Assembly (NCBI GenBank): GCA_016935735.1
Contig: JAFGQK010000300.1
Span: 3,437 to 67,436, forward strand
Direction: 5' to 3'
Source of the DNA: Spirochaetales bacterium
GTDB taxonomy: Bacteria > Spirochaetota > Spirochaetia > SZUA-6 > JAFGRV01
Length of the DNA: 64,000 bases
Position numbers and translations under genes: made by a program. This document shows positions 8,688 to 18,134 of the stretch, piece by piece. The notes beneath the pieces are model-generated. The model was given only the letters and a program-made list of their open reading frames with translations. It searched no databases and was not told the origin of the DNA. Every line of letters starts with the position of its first letter. Positions within the stretch are counted from its first letter, which is position 1.

Positions 8688-9866
8688 ATGGAATATACAG
8701 TAGGAACTAATTGGGATTTTGATTTAATAGATAAGATAAATTACCCTGAAGTAAAGTCGGTATTCGGAGGAATTCCCGATGCATTGATCGCAAGTGGAAG
8801 ATCATCCTTTATGATCAATCCGATTCAGGAAGAAAACCTGAAGAATTATATAGGTAAAGTGCACGAAAAGGGGTGGAAGTTCGAATTTAATGTCAATTCT
8901 GGTTGTATAGAAAATATCGAGTTAACACCGGCAGGGCATAAAAAAATATTGAAATATTTTGAGTGGATAGAAAGCCTGGGTGTTGATTCTGTTATTATTA
9001 GCATACCGAACTTAGTCCAGATAGTTAAAAAGTTTTTTCCGAAACTGGAAGTTAAAATATCAACCTATCAAAAAATAAATAGTGTGGAAATGGCCACCCG
9101 TTTTGAAGATATGGGAGCAGATGCGATAATGCTTTCAGAACATATAAACAGGGACTTCAAGCTTTTACAGGGAATAAGAAACAATATAAAGTGTAAATTG
9201 ATGCTGATCGCAAATGTGGGATGTGTTTATGCGTGTGCAAACATGCATAGCCATACAAACAGCGTAGCACACAGCGGTGCGGAATCAGCAATCAATACAA
9301 TATTAACCGAGGTGTATGCAGCGGATTGTTTATACAAAAGGATCAGCAATCCCGTGGAATTAATAAAATCACGCTGGATCAGACCGGAAGATGTCGGTTA
9401 CTACGAAGAAATAGGGATAGATATGTTTAAAATAATCGACAGGCATTCGAGTACAGAGGCCCTGGCAGAAAGAATGAAAGCATACCACGAAAGAAGTTAT
9501 GACGGTAATCTTATAGATTTACTTGGCCAGATCATCAACAAAAAAAAGGGTGCACCTATAGATATGGATAGAGTCTTTAATCTGAAAAATCCTGAAGATA
9601 TGAAAAAAGTGGAAAAATTCTTAGGGGTCTTAAATATCTTAATTTCCGATCTATATTACCTTGATAATAAAGCAATACCCGATGACTTTTTAGAAGAATT
9701 TAAAAAGAGAGATTGCAAAAGGATGTCCTGCCTGAAATGCGGTTACTGTAAAAAAATTGCAGACATGGTAATAAAGAAGACCCAGGATGACGAACAGATT
9801 CAAGGGACTATACATATGCTTAAAGAAGTAAAACAGGAGATACTTGACGGATCTTTACTTTATTAG
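8688..9866 (+). CDS. Peptidase U32-family protein (putative Fe-S, O2-independent hydroxylase)
   Basis: FNVNSGC, INRDFKLL..IR, IANVGCVYAC, WIRPEDV..YEEIGIDMFKIIDR; C-terminal CKRMSCLKCGYC; RBS GGAGG. Confidence 0.85.
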   Translation: MEYTVGTNWDFDLIDKINYPEVKSVFGGIPDALIASGRSSFMINPIQEENLKNYIGKVHEKGWKFEFNVNSGCIENIELTPAGHKKILKYFEWIESLGVDSVIISIPNLVQIVKKFFPKLEVKISTYQKINSVEMATRFEDMGADAIMLSEHINRDFKLLQGIRNNIKCKLMLIANVGCVYACANMHSHTNSVAHSGAESAINTILTEVYAADCLYKRISNPVELIKSRWIRPEDVGYYEEIGIDMFKIIDRHSSTEALAERMKAYHERSYDGNLIDLLGQIINKKKGAPIDMDRVFNLKNPEDMKKVEKFLGVLNILISDLYYLDNKAIPDDFLEEFKKRDCKRMSCLKCGYCKKIADMVIKKTQDDEQIQGTIHMLKEVKQEILDGSLLY

Positions 9867-9885
9867 TTTGATAAGCCTTGTGCAG

Positions 9886-9968
9886 CACCTTAAAAAAACA
9901 ACAATTCGGGCCTTGACAAATGTTGAGGAATTCAACAAAATTACACCAATTGTCGTTTTTAAGAGGTG
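9886..9968. repeat. Imperfect inverted-repeat element between U32 and GT2-B
   Basis: CACCTTAAAAAAACAACAATT ... AATTGTCGTTTTTAAGAGGTG arms of about 21 bp. Confidence 0.55.
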
Positions 9969-9990
9969 GTATTCAGTAACCTGAAAGTGG

Positions 9991-11154
9991 ATGATAAAAT
10001 ATAGTTTTGTGATACCTGCTTATAATAATAAACGGCTTCTCAAGAACACTCTGATAGCCTTGAATTATCAGGAGAATTTCGGAAAAGAAGATTACGAAGT
10101 TGTTATAATAGATGATGGCTCTGACGATAATACAGAAGCTTATATCAGTGATATAAACAAAAACTATGCTTGCCAGTACATTTACATTGAAAGAGACGAG
10201 AAATCCTGCCGGAGCAGAGCAAGGAATTACGGCTGGAATGCTGCAAAAGGCGGGGTAATAATTTTTATTGACTCGGATATATTAATTAATAGAAATTATT
10301 TAAAAGAAATCGAAAGATGTTTTGATATAGATGACAATATTATATTATTTGGTACAGTATTCAGGCTTAAAGAGGATATTTCCCTGGAAGATGTTGAAGA
10401 TGGAAGCATATTTAAACAATTTGTTTCAGGAATCAATAAAATAGAATATCTGGAAGAAAGGCATATTTTTTTTAATATTTTTTCCTATAATAATTATTTT
10501 CATCCTTTCAGTTGGAGTTTTGTTTTTAGCGGTAACGTCGCTGTATCCAGAAAAAACCTGAAGGCTATAGGCGGATTCGATGAAGCTTACGTGTGTTGGG
10601 GAGGAGAAGACACTGAATGGGGTTACAGGGCATATAATAATGGATTAAGGCTTGTATATAATCATAAACTTGAGGCATTGCATCAGTATCACCAGGAAGA
10701 GATACAGAAAAAAAATTCCAGTAATAAAGCCAATCTGGATTACTTTTTCAGAAAACATCCTCAAGCATTAAGTTTCTTACCGGAGGAATCAAGATATAAA
10801 GTCTTGTCTGGATTTTCAAAAAACGAGGAAAATACAATAAAAACTGAAGCTGAAATGAGAGACAGATTAATCAGGATACTTAATGATGTTGAAAAGAATA
10901 TACGAGATACAAATCAAAAAATAGAGATAACTGTTGCTTTGCGGGATAAAAATAGGTTTTTAGAGATAAAAGAAATAATTGACTTCTTATCAAAAAGACC
11001 GGGGATTTTATTAATAGTCAAGGATTATAATGAAACCGGTAATCTCGATGTATGGATTCAGTTAATGGGTAAAAGAGAAAGCACCCCAATGTATTACCCG
11101 ATGAATAGGGAAAAATTTGATGATTTTATCAGAAATTATAGAAGCAGCCTTTAG
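9991..11154 (+). CDS. Glycosyltransferase family 2 (paralogue B)
   Basis: SFVIPAYN, IIDDGSDD, FIDSD, GGFDE..WGGED; collinear with 7344-8477. Confidence 0.92.
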   Translation: MIKYSFVIPAYNNKRLLKNTLIALNYQENFGKEDYEVVIIDDGSDDNTEAYISDINKNYACQYIYIERDEKSCRSRARNYGWNAAKGGVIIFIDSDILINRNYLKEIERCFDIDDNIILFGTVFRLKEDISLEDVEDGSIFKQFVSGINKIEYLEERHIFFNIFSYNNYFHPFSWSFVFSGNVAVSRKNLKAIGGFDEAYVCWGGEDTEWGYRAYNNGLRLVYNHKLEALHQYHQEEIQKKNSSNKANLDYFFRKHPQALSFLPEESRYKVLSGFSKNEENTIKTEAEMRDRLIRILNDVEKNIRDTNQKIEITVALRDKNRFLEIKEIIDFLSKRPGILLIVKDYNETGNLDVWIQLMGKRESTPMYYPMNREKFDDFIRNYRSSL

Positions 11155-11274
11155 GCAAACAGGAGATAGTAAGCTTTATTAAATCGATTAGTTCATATAA
11201 ATTCTATAAATAGGCAATATATAAAAAACGATCGGAAAGCGGTAGAGAATATAGTTAATTGGTATCATATACCA

Positions 11275-11409
11275 ACAATCTTTTGGATTGCCGGTATTTC
11301 CAATAGTAGTGGTTGCCTGAAAATTATCAGGACTAATTTATTATACTATAAAGAATTATTCACCATGCTAAATGTACCGATGAGGCAAATCACTTTATTA
11401 AGGAGTATA
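11275..11409 (+). repeat. Island repeat family X, copy 1 (hairpin + RBS cassette)
   Basis: ACAAT.TTTTGGATT..GTATTTCCAAT.GTAGTGGTT(T)GCC ... GGCAAA.CACTTTAT(T)AAGGAGTATA shared with 14063-14180. Confidence 0.8.
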
Positions 11410-11410
11410 T

Positions 11411-11520
11411 GTTATTTTACGCAAAATAACAAAGTATTGGCCGCCAGGTTAATAAGATCAGTATAATTTTAAAAGAACCTGGACAGTCTGTTAATTGGGT
11501 GGGCGTAACCAACGTTATGT
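11411..11520 (+). repeat. Island repeat family Y, copy 1
   Basis: TTGGCCGCCAGGTTAAT...AAAAGAACCTGGA.AG...GTTAATT.GGT...CGTTATG shared with 23012-23154 and, inverted, 16993-17134. Confidence 0.8.
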
Positions 11521-11538
11521 TAAATAAAAAGGAATAAG

Positions 11539-12273
11539 ATGCAGTATATTACCAAAAAGTTAATTGAAACCACTGGTATTATTGAGATTAATAATCCACC
11601 CCGGAATCTCATCGATGAACCGGAATTCCTCGATATCGATGATTTAAATGGCTGGATAATAAAAAACTCTTTAAAAGGAGTAATCATCAGAGGGGTGGGC
11701 AGGAATTTTTCCGCCGGTGCCAATAAAGAGAAATTTTACGAGAAAGTAATAACAAATAAGACAATGGAGGGGGAGTTCAGCCGGGGGAGAAAGATTCTTA
11801 ACTTTTTTGAGTCTCTGACCATACCCACCCTGGCCTTGATACAGGGGGCTTGTTTCGGGGCGGGTTTGGAAATTGCACTCAGTTGTCATTTAAGAATTTG
11901 CAGCGACAATGCCCTCATCGCCTTTCCTGAATCCAATTATGACCTGATGCCCGGTTTCACAGGCACCTACAGGTTACCCAGGTTAATCGGCAAAGGTAAA
12001 TCCCTTGAAATAATATTATCAGGGGAGATAATAGATCCGCTTAAGGCCCTGGCATACGGAATTGTGGATTATGTAAAACCGAAAAAGGAAGCTGATGATT
12101 TTGCCCTTGAATTGCTAAAAAAATTGACAGCGAACAGGCCGCTTCATGTGATCAATGCGATTACAAAATCAATAAATAATTATTTTCTGCTGGATAGAGA
12201 CTCTGCTTTAAAAGAGGAAGCCAAACTATTCTGTCAGCTGGTGAGACAAAAATATCATGATGAAAAAACTTGA
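11539..12273 (+). CDS. Enoyl-CoA hydratase/isomerase family protein 1
   Basis: NFSAGA, GACFGAGLEIALSCHLRI, FPESNYDLMPG (both catalytic Glu positions present). Confidence 0.92.
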   Translation: MQYITKKLIETTGIIEINNPPRNLIDEPEFLDIDDLNGWIIKNSLKGVIIRGVGRNFSAGANKEKFYEKVITNKTMEGEFSRGRKILNFFESLTIPTLALIQGACFGAGLEIALSCHLRICSDNALIAFPESNYDLMPGFTGTYRLPRLIGKGKSLEIILSGEIIDPLKALAYGIVDYVKPKKEADDFALELLKKLTANRPLHVINAITKSINNYFLLDRDSALKEEAKLFCQLVRQKYHDEKT

Positions 12274-12940
12274 TTCCATTCTTTGGGAAGAAGCGGATAG
12301 GATAGGTCATTTGATACTTAATGATCCTCCTGCTAATCCAATGGATGTTCATTTTTTTGAAATCCTGCAGCAGATAATAGATGTGAAGATTGATATCGAC
12401 AACATTGATGCTCTTGTGATATATGGACAGGGCAGACATTTTTCTGCCGGTGCGGATCTTGAAGATGTTACACGAGATGTGGTAACTGATACATTAAAAT
12501 ATCCTGATGCCTTGTGCCGGAATAGCCGGGCTTTTTCCTTTTTTTCGGACATGACTATACCGGTGATTGCTTTAATAAATGGGGTTTGTCTGGGATCAGC
12601 TCTTGAACTGGTCTTATGCTGCCACATCAGAATTGCCGGCAATACTGCCCTTTTAGGATTGCCCGAGTCCACCTTCGACTTGATGCCGGGCTGTGGAGGA
12701 ACACAAAGATTGGTGGATATAGTCGGCCTGTCTAAAGCCATGGAAATGATTTTTACAGGTAGTAATTTGAATGCAAAAGAAGCACTGGAAGCCGGTTTAG
12801 TGGATGCTGTTTTCCCAAAGACGAATATTACAACAGAAGCCACCAGGCTGGCAAAAGGTATTGCTGAAAATTATCAAAAGCACGATAAGAGACAATATAT
12901 AAAAAAATATTTATCCGGGCAGGTGACAAAATATGAGTAA
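12257..12940 (+). CDS. Enoyl-CoA hydratase/isomerase family protein 2
   Basis: HFSAGADL, GVCLGSALELVLCCHIRI, LPESTFDLMPGCGGTQRL. Confidence 0.92.
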   Translation: MMKKLDSILWEEADRIGHLILNDPPANPMDVHFFEILQQIIDVKIDIDNIDALVIYGQGRHFSAGADLEDVTRDVVTDTLKYPDALCRNSRAFSFFSDMTIPVIALINGVCLGSALELVLCCHIRIAGNTALLGLPESTFDLMPGCGGTQRLVDIVGLSKAMEMIFTGSNLNAKEALEAGLVDAVFPKTNITTEATRLAKGIAENYQKHDKRQYIKKYLSGQVTKYE

Positions 12941-14048
12941 TAAATATGTAAAACTGATGGGCTGCGGTTCCTATCTGCCGGGCAAGCCTGTACCTTTTGA
13001 TGATGTGGATAAAGTATTGGGCTGTTTTACAAAAGCTCCACCCCAAATTATCAAGTGGTTGGAAAATATCAAACCGGTGATGAAAGAGATCCTGGAAGTA
13101 AAGTATTATCATTATGCCATTGATCCCGAAACCCGGGAATTTACGGAAGATAATCTGAGTCTTTGTGTAAAAGCTGCAGGGAAGGCGTTAGCCGACTGCG
13201 GCATGGAACCCGGTGATATTGATTTTATCATCTACGGAGGGCCCTACCTGTACCAGATGCCTTGCCTTTCAGTACAGATTCAGGATGCCCTGGGTATTGA
13301 AAACTGTGCAGAAATGTCCATCCAGGCAAACTGTACATCCGCCTACAAGGCGCTGATGACGGCTTATCACCTGATTCGTGACGGGGGCTGTAGGACACCC
13401 CTGGTACTTTCTTCGAATATGCCCAGTGCCCAGTTAAGGGTTGAACATTATCACCAGGAAATTGTCAGGAAAGAAGACCTGTTTTTGCGCTGGTTTTTAT
13501 GTGACGGGGCCGGGGCGTTGATTCTGCAGGAAAGTAATGAGAGATCAAAGGGATTTTACATTGAAAATGTCTATCTGGAATCACCCGGTAGGAGGAAACC
13601 TTCAGCAATGTATACGAACTGGCCGGGATATTATCTCAATCCGCAGGAGGTTTATGAAAAGGGTCTCCATCACTTGAAACAGATGTTTCAAAAGCAGTTA
13701 ACCGAACATTTTCACGAGGAAGGGGGAACTATTTTTTTTAAAGGATTGATGCGGATGATCGAAAAATGCAACATCGATCTCGGCCGGCTTAAATACCTGC
13801 AGATAAATATGCCTTCCAGGCATGTGGTGGATTTGATCATCGATGAGTGTAAAGTCCTGGGAATAGAGAAAGAGCAGATATATTCATCATTGAGTGAATA
13901 CGGATATACCGGGCCTCCTGCAGCCTTTATTTCCATAGACCAATTTGTGAAAGAAAAGAAATTAAACCACGGTGATTTACTGATCAGCTTTGTGACCGAG
14001 GTAAGTAAGTTTATGCAAGCCGGTTTCAGTTTATCTTATTTTGAATGA
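12933..14048 (+). CDS. KAS III-fold condensing enzyme, DarB/StlD-like
   Basis: GSYLPG, catalytic Cys in QANCTSAY, LFLRWFLCDGAGALIL (DarB-type FLRWMLSDGAGA), VTEVSKF near the C-terminus. Confidence 0.8.
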   Translation: MSNKYVKLMGCGSYLPGKPVPFDDVDKVLGCFTKAPPQIIKWLENIKPVMKEILEVKYYHYAIDPETREFTEDNLSLCVKAAGKALADCGMEPGDIDFIIYGGPYLYQMPCLSVQIQDALGIENCAEMSIQANCTSAYKALMTAYHLIRDGGCRTPLVLSSNMPSAQLRVEHYHQEIVRKEDLFLRWFLCDGAGALILQESNERSKGFYIENVYLESPGRRKPSAMYTNWPGYYLNPQEVYEKGLHHLKQMFQKQLTEHFHEEGGTIFFKGLMRMIEKCNIDLGRLKYLQINMPSRHVVDLIIDECKVLGIEKEQIYSSLSEYGYTGPPAAFISIDQFVKEKKLNHGDLLISFVTEVSKFMQAGFSLSYFE

Positions 14049-14062
14049 CGGGGAATTTATTG

Positions 14063-14180
14063 ACAATGTTTTGGATTATCAGTATTTCCAATCGTAGTGG
14101 TTTGCCAATTATTTATATTATAAAAAATTATTTCTCACCTCAAATCGTCAGGTGGGGCAAACCACTTTATAAGGAGTATA
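14063..14180 (+). repeat. Island repeat family X, copy 2; supplies the RBS of the next gene
   Basis: Perfect 11-bp stem AGTGGTTTGCC (14096-14106)/GGCAAACCACT (14156-14166), then AAGGAG and ATG at 14182. Confidence 0.8.
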
Positions 14181-14181
14181 A

Positions 14182-15351
14182 ATGATACAATGCGTCGGTG
14201 TGATTGGTACAGGGAAAATGGGTACCAATATTCTCGATTACCTGTTACATTATGATTTTAAACTCAGATGGAAGTGCCACTACGAAAAAGATGTGTCAGT
14301 TCTGGATTCATTAATAGATCGAAAAGTAAAGCGTGTGCTGAAAATGCAGGAGCGTTATGATGAAAATACTTTTATACAGTACAGGGGGCGGATACAGATA
14401 AGCAGTTCGATTTACGTGTTAAAAGGTTGTGATCTGATTATTGAATCGGTAACGGAAGATAAAACGGTCAAGACCGATGTATTCCGTCAACTGAATCAAA
14501 TTATCACTCCCGAAACTATCTGTGTAACCAATACTTCCAGTCTGGATCCGGGCCTTCTGTTTCAGGGGTATAATCATAAAAATCGTTGCGGGGGCTACCA
14601 TTTTTTTTATCCCATACATTATAAAAATATCGTGGAAATCAATTGTACAGAGCAGACGGACAAAGCGACCCGGGAAATGTTAATTCATTTTTCAGAAAGT
14701 ATAAAAAAGCAGTACCTCATTCTTGATGAACCGGACCATTTTATATTGAATCGTATATTCTGCCCCCTCCAGGCACAGGCTTATCTTTTTCTGCAGGAAG
14801 GGATACTTACTGTTGATGAACTGGATAGTTTAATCCGGGAAAAAGTTTTTCCAATAGGTGTATTCGAGTTTATCGATTCAGTGGGGATAGATATAATCAG
14901 CACTTCTGTAAAAAATTATCTTTCCCATTATGCTCATAAGGAGTTTTTTAATCCCTGGATAGAGGCTATGGAGCAAATGGTTGCAACAGGAAACCTGGGT
15001 AAAAAAAGCGGCCAGGGATTTTACCGTTATTTGAAAGGGGGAAAACAGGCTATGATTTTTAATAATCAAAACAAAAACCCGCAGGCCCCCGGAGAATATA
15101 AACAAAGGGTCACTGATATGCTGGAAGCCCTCTATTTAAACGGATTCTGCCATGAAACAGGCAATATTCCCCCGGGAATTCTGGATAATGCAATAAAGGA
15201 ATATTGGGGAATGGATACGGGACCCCTTGATTTGTTGAAAAAAAGCGCCATCAATCAGCTGCGTTTAATGGAATTTTATAAAATGACAGGGAATGAATTT
15301 TATAAACCCGCGGCTGCCTGGGAAGGAGTGAACCAATTAAAAGAAAAGTAG
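14182..15351 (+). CDS. 3-hydroxyacyl-CoA dehydrogenase family protein
   Basis: GVIGTGKMG Rossmann motif, DLIIESVTED, TNTSS, HFFYP, FILNR, LGKKSGQGFY. Confidence 0.9.
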   Translation: MIQCVGVIGTGKMGTNILDYLLHYDFKLRWKCHYEKDVSVLDSLIDRKVKRVLKMQERYDENTFIQYRGRIQISSSIYVLKGCDLIIESVTEDKTVKTDVFRQLNQIITPETICVTNTSSLDPGLLFQGYNHKNRCGGYHFFYPIHYKNIVEINCTEQTDKATREMLIHFSESIKKQYLILDEPDHFILNRIFCPLQAQAYLFLQEGILTVDELDSLIREKVFPIGVFEFIDSVGIDIISTSVKNYLSHYAHKEFFNPWIEAMEQMVATGNLGKKSGQGFYRYLKGGKQAMIFNNQNKNPQAPGEYKQRVTDMLEALYLNGFCHETGNIPPGILDNAIKEYWGMDTGPLDLLKKSAINQLRLMEFYKMTGNEFYKPAAAWEGVNQLKEK

Positions 15352-16562
15352 TGATTAGCGGAATTGATATGATAACGGCCCTGGGATTGAATTATCAAAC
15401 CTGTTGGGAGAATTTGAAGAACGGACAGTCCGGGGTAAAAAAAATAACTCTTTTTGATCCGGAAGATAATGAAACCCGGATAGCTGCCCAATTACCCGAT
15501 GGTTTTGAAGAGTACGCCCGCGGTTATTATACCCGGAGACTTAAGCAGCAGATGACCCGGGTAACAAGAATGGCGTATGTCTGCGCTATTAATGCGGTGA
15601 ATAACAGCAGGATCGACTTTAACATGTTTGATCCTCTGCGGGTGGGTGTTATCCTGGGAATCGTGGATACCGGTTATAACAGCCTGGAACAGGAAGAAAG
15701 TGAGGACAATAGAATCCTGAAATCGATGAACAATGCTCCCTGTGCCTTATTATCCATCAAGTATAAGATTGAAGGCCCCTGTTTTCCTGTTAGCACCGCC
15801 TGCTCTTCCTCCGGGTATGCCATCGGTCTTGGGTATGATCTTATCGATAACAATAGATGTGATGCTGTTATTGTCGGGGGGGCGGATTCAACCCTGAGTC
15901 CGGAACAGGTGCGGGGATTCAACGAGTTATACGCTTTAAGTGTGAATAACCCGGAACCGGAAAAGGCCTCTTGTCCCTTCAGCCGGGAACGTGATGGTTT
16001 TGTGATCGGTGAAGGGGCTGGTATGCTTATCCTGGAATCCGAAGAGTCCGCATTAAAACGCAATGCGGAAATCTATGGGGAAATCGCCGGTTATGCGATG
16101 ACGACGGAAGCCTATAATTTACTTTCCCCGAAAAAGGATGGCGAGGGTATGGTGCGAACAATGGAACTTGCCGTCAAAAACGCCGGGATGACCGTTAATG
16201 ATATTGATTATATCAACGCCCATGGGACATCGACCTTCCTCAATGACCTCTGTGAAACCATGGCCATCAAAGCGCTTTTCAAAGAAAGGGCTTATTCTAT
16301 TCCTGTCACTTCGAGTAAATCAATGATCGGTCATACTATAGGGGCTGCCGGGGCTATAGAATCGATCATAACCGCTTTAAGTATAAAGGAAGGAATCCTT
16401 ACACCTACCATAAATCTGGAGTTTAATGACCCGGAATTGGATCTTGATTATGTTCCTTGCAAAGCCAGGAAGCAGGTTATCAACACCGGACTTTCCAATT
16501 CTTTCGCTTTTGGAGGACACAATGTTTCTATTGTTATTAAAAAGGCCTTTCGTAATCTTTGA
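15351..16562 (+). CDS. fabF: Beta-ketoacyl-ACP synthase II (FabF-like)
   Basis: TACSSS, DGFVIGEGAG, INAHGTST, KSMIGHTIGAAG, SNSFAFGGHN (intact Cys-His-His). Confidence 0.93.
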   Translation: MISGIDMITALGLNYQTCWENLKNGQSGVKKITLFDPEDNETRIAAQLPDGFEEYARGYYTRRLKQQMTRVTRMAYVCAINAVNNSRIDFNMFDPLRVGVILGIVDTGYNSLEQEESEDNRILKSMNNAPCALLSIKYKIEGPCFPVSTACSSSGYAIGLGYDLIDNNRCDAVIVGGADSTLSPEQVRGFNELYALSVNNPEPEKASCPFSRERDGFVIGEGAGMLILESEESALKRNAEIYGEIAGYAMTTEAYNLLSPKKDGEGMVRTMELAVKNAGMTVNDIDYINAHGTSTFLNDLCETMAIKALFKERAYSIPVTSSKSMIGHTIGAAGAIESIITALSIKEGILTPTINLEFNDPELDLDYVPCKARKQVINTGLSNSFAFGGHNVSIVIKKAFRNL

Positions 16563-16658
16563 AGGTTTCATCACCGGAAAAACAGGAGTATTGATCAAAA
16601 TTTCTTATTGTAATATAATGTGTCAAATTGCACAAAATTTATAAGGTGGAGTATGTTA

Positions 16659-16961
16659 ATGAAAAAGATAACTGAAAATACACGTGCCGAGGTTAAAGAT
16701 ATCATATTTGACTTTTTAGCCGATGCATGTGAAATAGAGAAATCGGAATTAAATGAAGATATGAAAATTATCGAAGAATTGGGGGGCGATTCCCTGATGT
16801 TCTTAAGTATGCTGGAAATATTCAAGAAAAAATATAATTTGAATGTTGAACTGAAAGCCATCGGCAAATATATCTTAAAACATCCTGCAGAAACAATCGG
16901 GGAAATCATTGATGCTACTTTAGTAATTATTGAGTATGAAAATAGGATTGTTGACATGTAA
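16659..16961 (+). CDS. Acyl carrier protein
   Basis: ELGGDSLMFL phosphopantetheine site; acidic, about 100 aa; RBS AAGGTGGAG. Confidence 0.9.
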   Translation: MKKITENTRAEVKDIIFDFLADACEIEKSELNEDMKIIEELGGDSLMFLSMLEIFKKKYNLNVELKAIGKYILKHPAETIGEIIDATLVIIEYENRIVDM

Positions 16962-16992
16962 CCGATAGTTCCCCCGGGCTGTCGAACTTATA

Positions 16993-17134
16993 GCATAACG
17001 TTGACTACGCCCACGACCCGGATAATGAGCTGTCCAGGCTCCAATTAATTATACTAATCTGTTTAACCTGGCGGCAGGCGTTTATCTATTTTGTTTAAAA
17101 TCTTGTTATTTTAACAAGATTTTAAACAAAATAG
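16993..17134 (-). repeat. Island repeat family Y, copy 2 (inverted), including a perfect 23-bp-arm palindrome
   Basis: CTATTTTGTTTAAAATCTTGTTA-TTT-TAACAAGATTTTAAACAAAATAG at 17086-17134; the rest matches the reverse complement of 11431-11520. Confidence 0.85.
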
Positions 17135-17169
17135 TATATATAAGGAAGTTTTATTGCTTGTATTTATGT

Positions 17170-18096
17170 ATGAAAAATAATGTAATGGCAGATATTGTGT
17201 TCCCGGCTTTTGGTGCGGAATACCTGGGTTGCGAAAGGGATTTTGTCCAGCAGGAAACAACCGGGATTGAATTTTACCTGCAAAGAGCGGAAAAAGCTGT
17301 AGATATCGATAAGCAGTTTATTGAGGCGGATAAAGGCGCAGAGGTCTACGATGAATTGCAATCCCAGTTTGCCAGCTATATTTACAGCTGTATCTTTGCG
17401 GATATCATTAATCAACGAGGAATCAAATCCGGGCTGGTGGCAGCGTATAGCATGGGATTGTACGCGGCCTTATACCATTGCGGAGTTTTTTCTTTTGAAG
17501 ATGGTTTACGCATTATCAGGGATGCCTGTCAACTGGCTCAGGCCACTGCAAAAGGTAAAAAGTTTGCTATGGGGGTCATTGTCGGTTTGGATGTTGATGA
17601 TGTAAAAGGTTTGATTTCCGCCCATGCAACCGGTGTGGATATAATCAATATCAACAATCAATATCAAATCATTATCTGTGGGCCGGAGAATGAAGTCGTG
17701 AAAATAATTACTGCTGCTCAAGATGAGGGGGCGTTGAAAGCTTATATCCTGCAGATAAAAAACCCCTATCATACAGCCCATGTAAAGTCTGCAAGGCATG
17801 AATTTGAAAAAGTGCTGGAAACCTATTCATTACAAAACAGCAAATACCCTCTGGTCTCTTCTCTGGATCAGAAGATATACAATACCCGGAAGGAAATAAT
17901 TAATGAAATGGTTAAAAACATTTATAATTCTTCCAACTGGTATAAAACAATGGAGGTATTGATTGAAAAGGGTTCAAAAAAAATCATCGAGTGCGGTCCG
18001 GGAAAGAGCCTTTGTAATATGGCCAGATTCATACCAGGGGATTACAAAATATACCATATGAAACTGGTTTACAATAATAATTTCAACCTCAAATAA
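17170..18096 (+). CDS. FabD-like ACP S-acyltransferase (atypical motifs)
   Basis: VFPAFG, AAYSMG nucleophile motif, NINNQYQIIICG, NPYHT, IECGPGKSL. Confidence 0.85.
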   Translation: MKNNVMADIVFPAFGAEYLGCERDFVQQETTGIEFYLQRAEKAVDIDKQFIEADKGAEVYDELQSQFASYIYSCIFADIINQRGIKSGLVAAYSMGLYAALYHCGVFSFEDGLRIIRDACQLAQATAKGKKFAMGVIVGLDVDDVKGLISAHATGVDIININNQYQIIICGPENEVVKIITAAQDEGALKAYILQIKNPYHTAHVKSARHEFEKVLETYSLQNSKYPLVSSLDQKIYNTRKEIINEMVKNIYNSSNWYKTMEVLIEKGSKKIIECGPGKSLCNMARFIPGDYKIYHMKLVYNNNFNLK

Positions 18097-18134
18097 GCAA
18101 TTAAATCCGGCAGAAATGATTTATCAGGTGGGCT

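Noticed and set aside
14150-14170. GGCAAACC resembling a c-di-GMP-I riboswitch
   Set aside because: No following GNRA hairpin or GCAAAGC P2 element; the motif is the 3' arm of an inverted repeat
11539-16961. Polyketide beta-branching cassette (ECH1/ECH2/KS/ACP/HMGS)
   Set aside because: FabF keeps its catalytic Cys, the condensing enzyme lacks HMG-CoA synthase motifs, and no modular PKS is present
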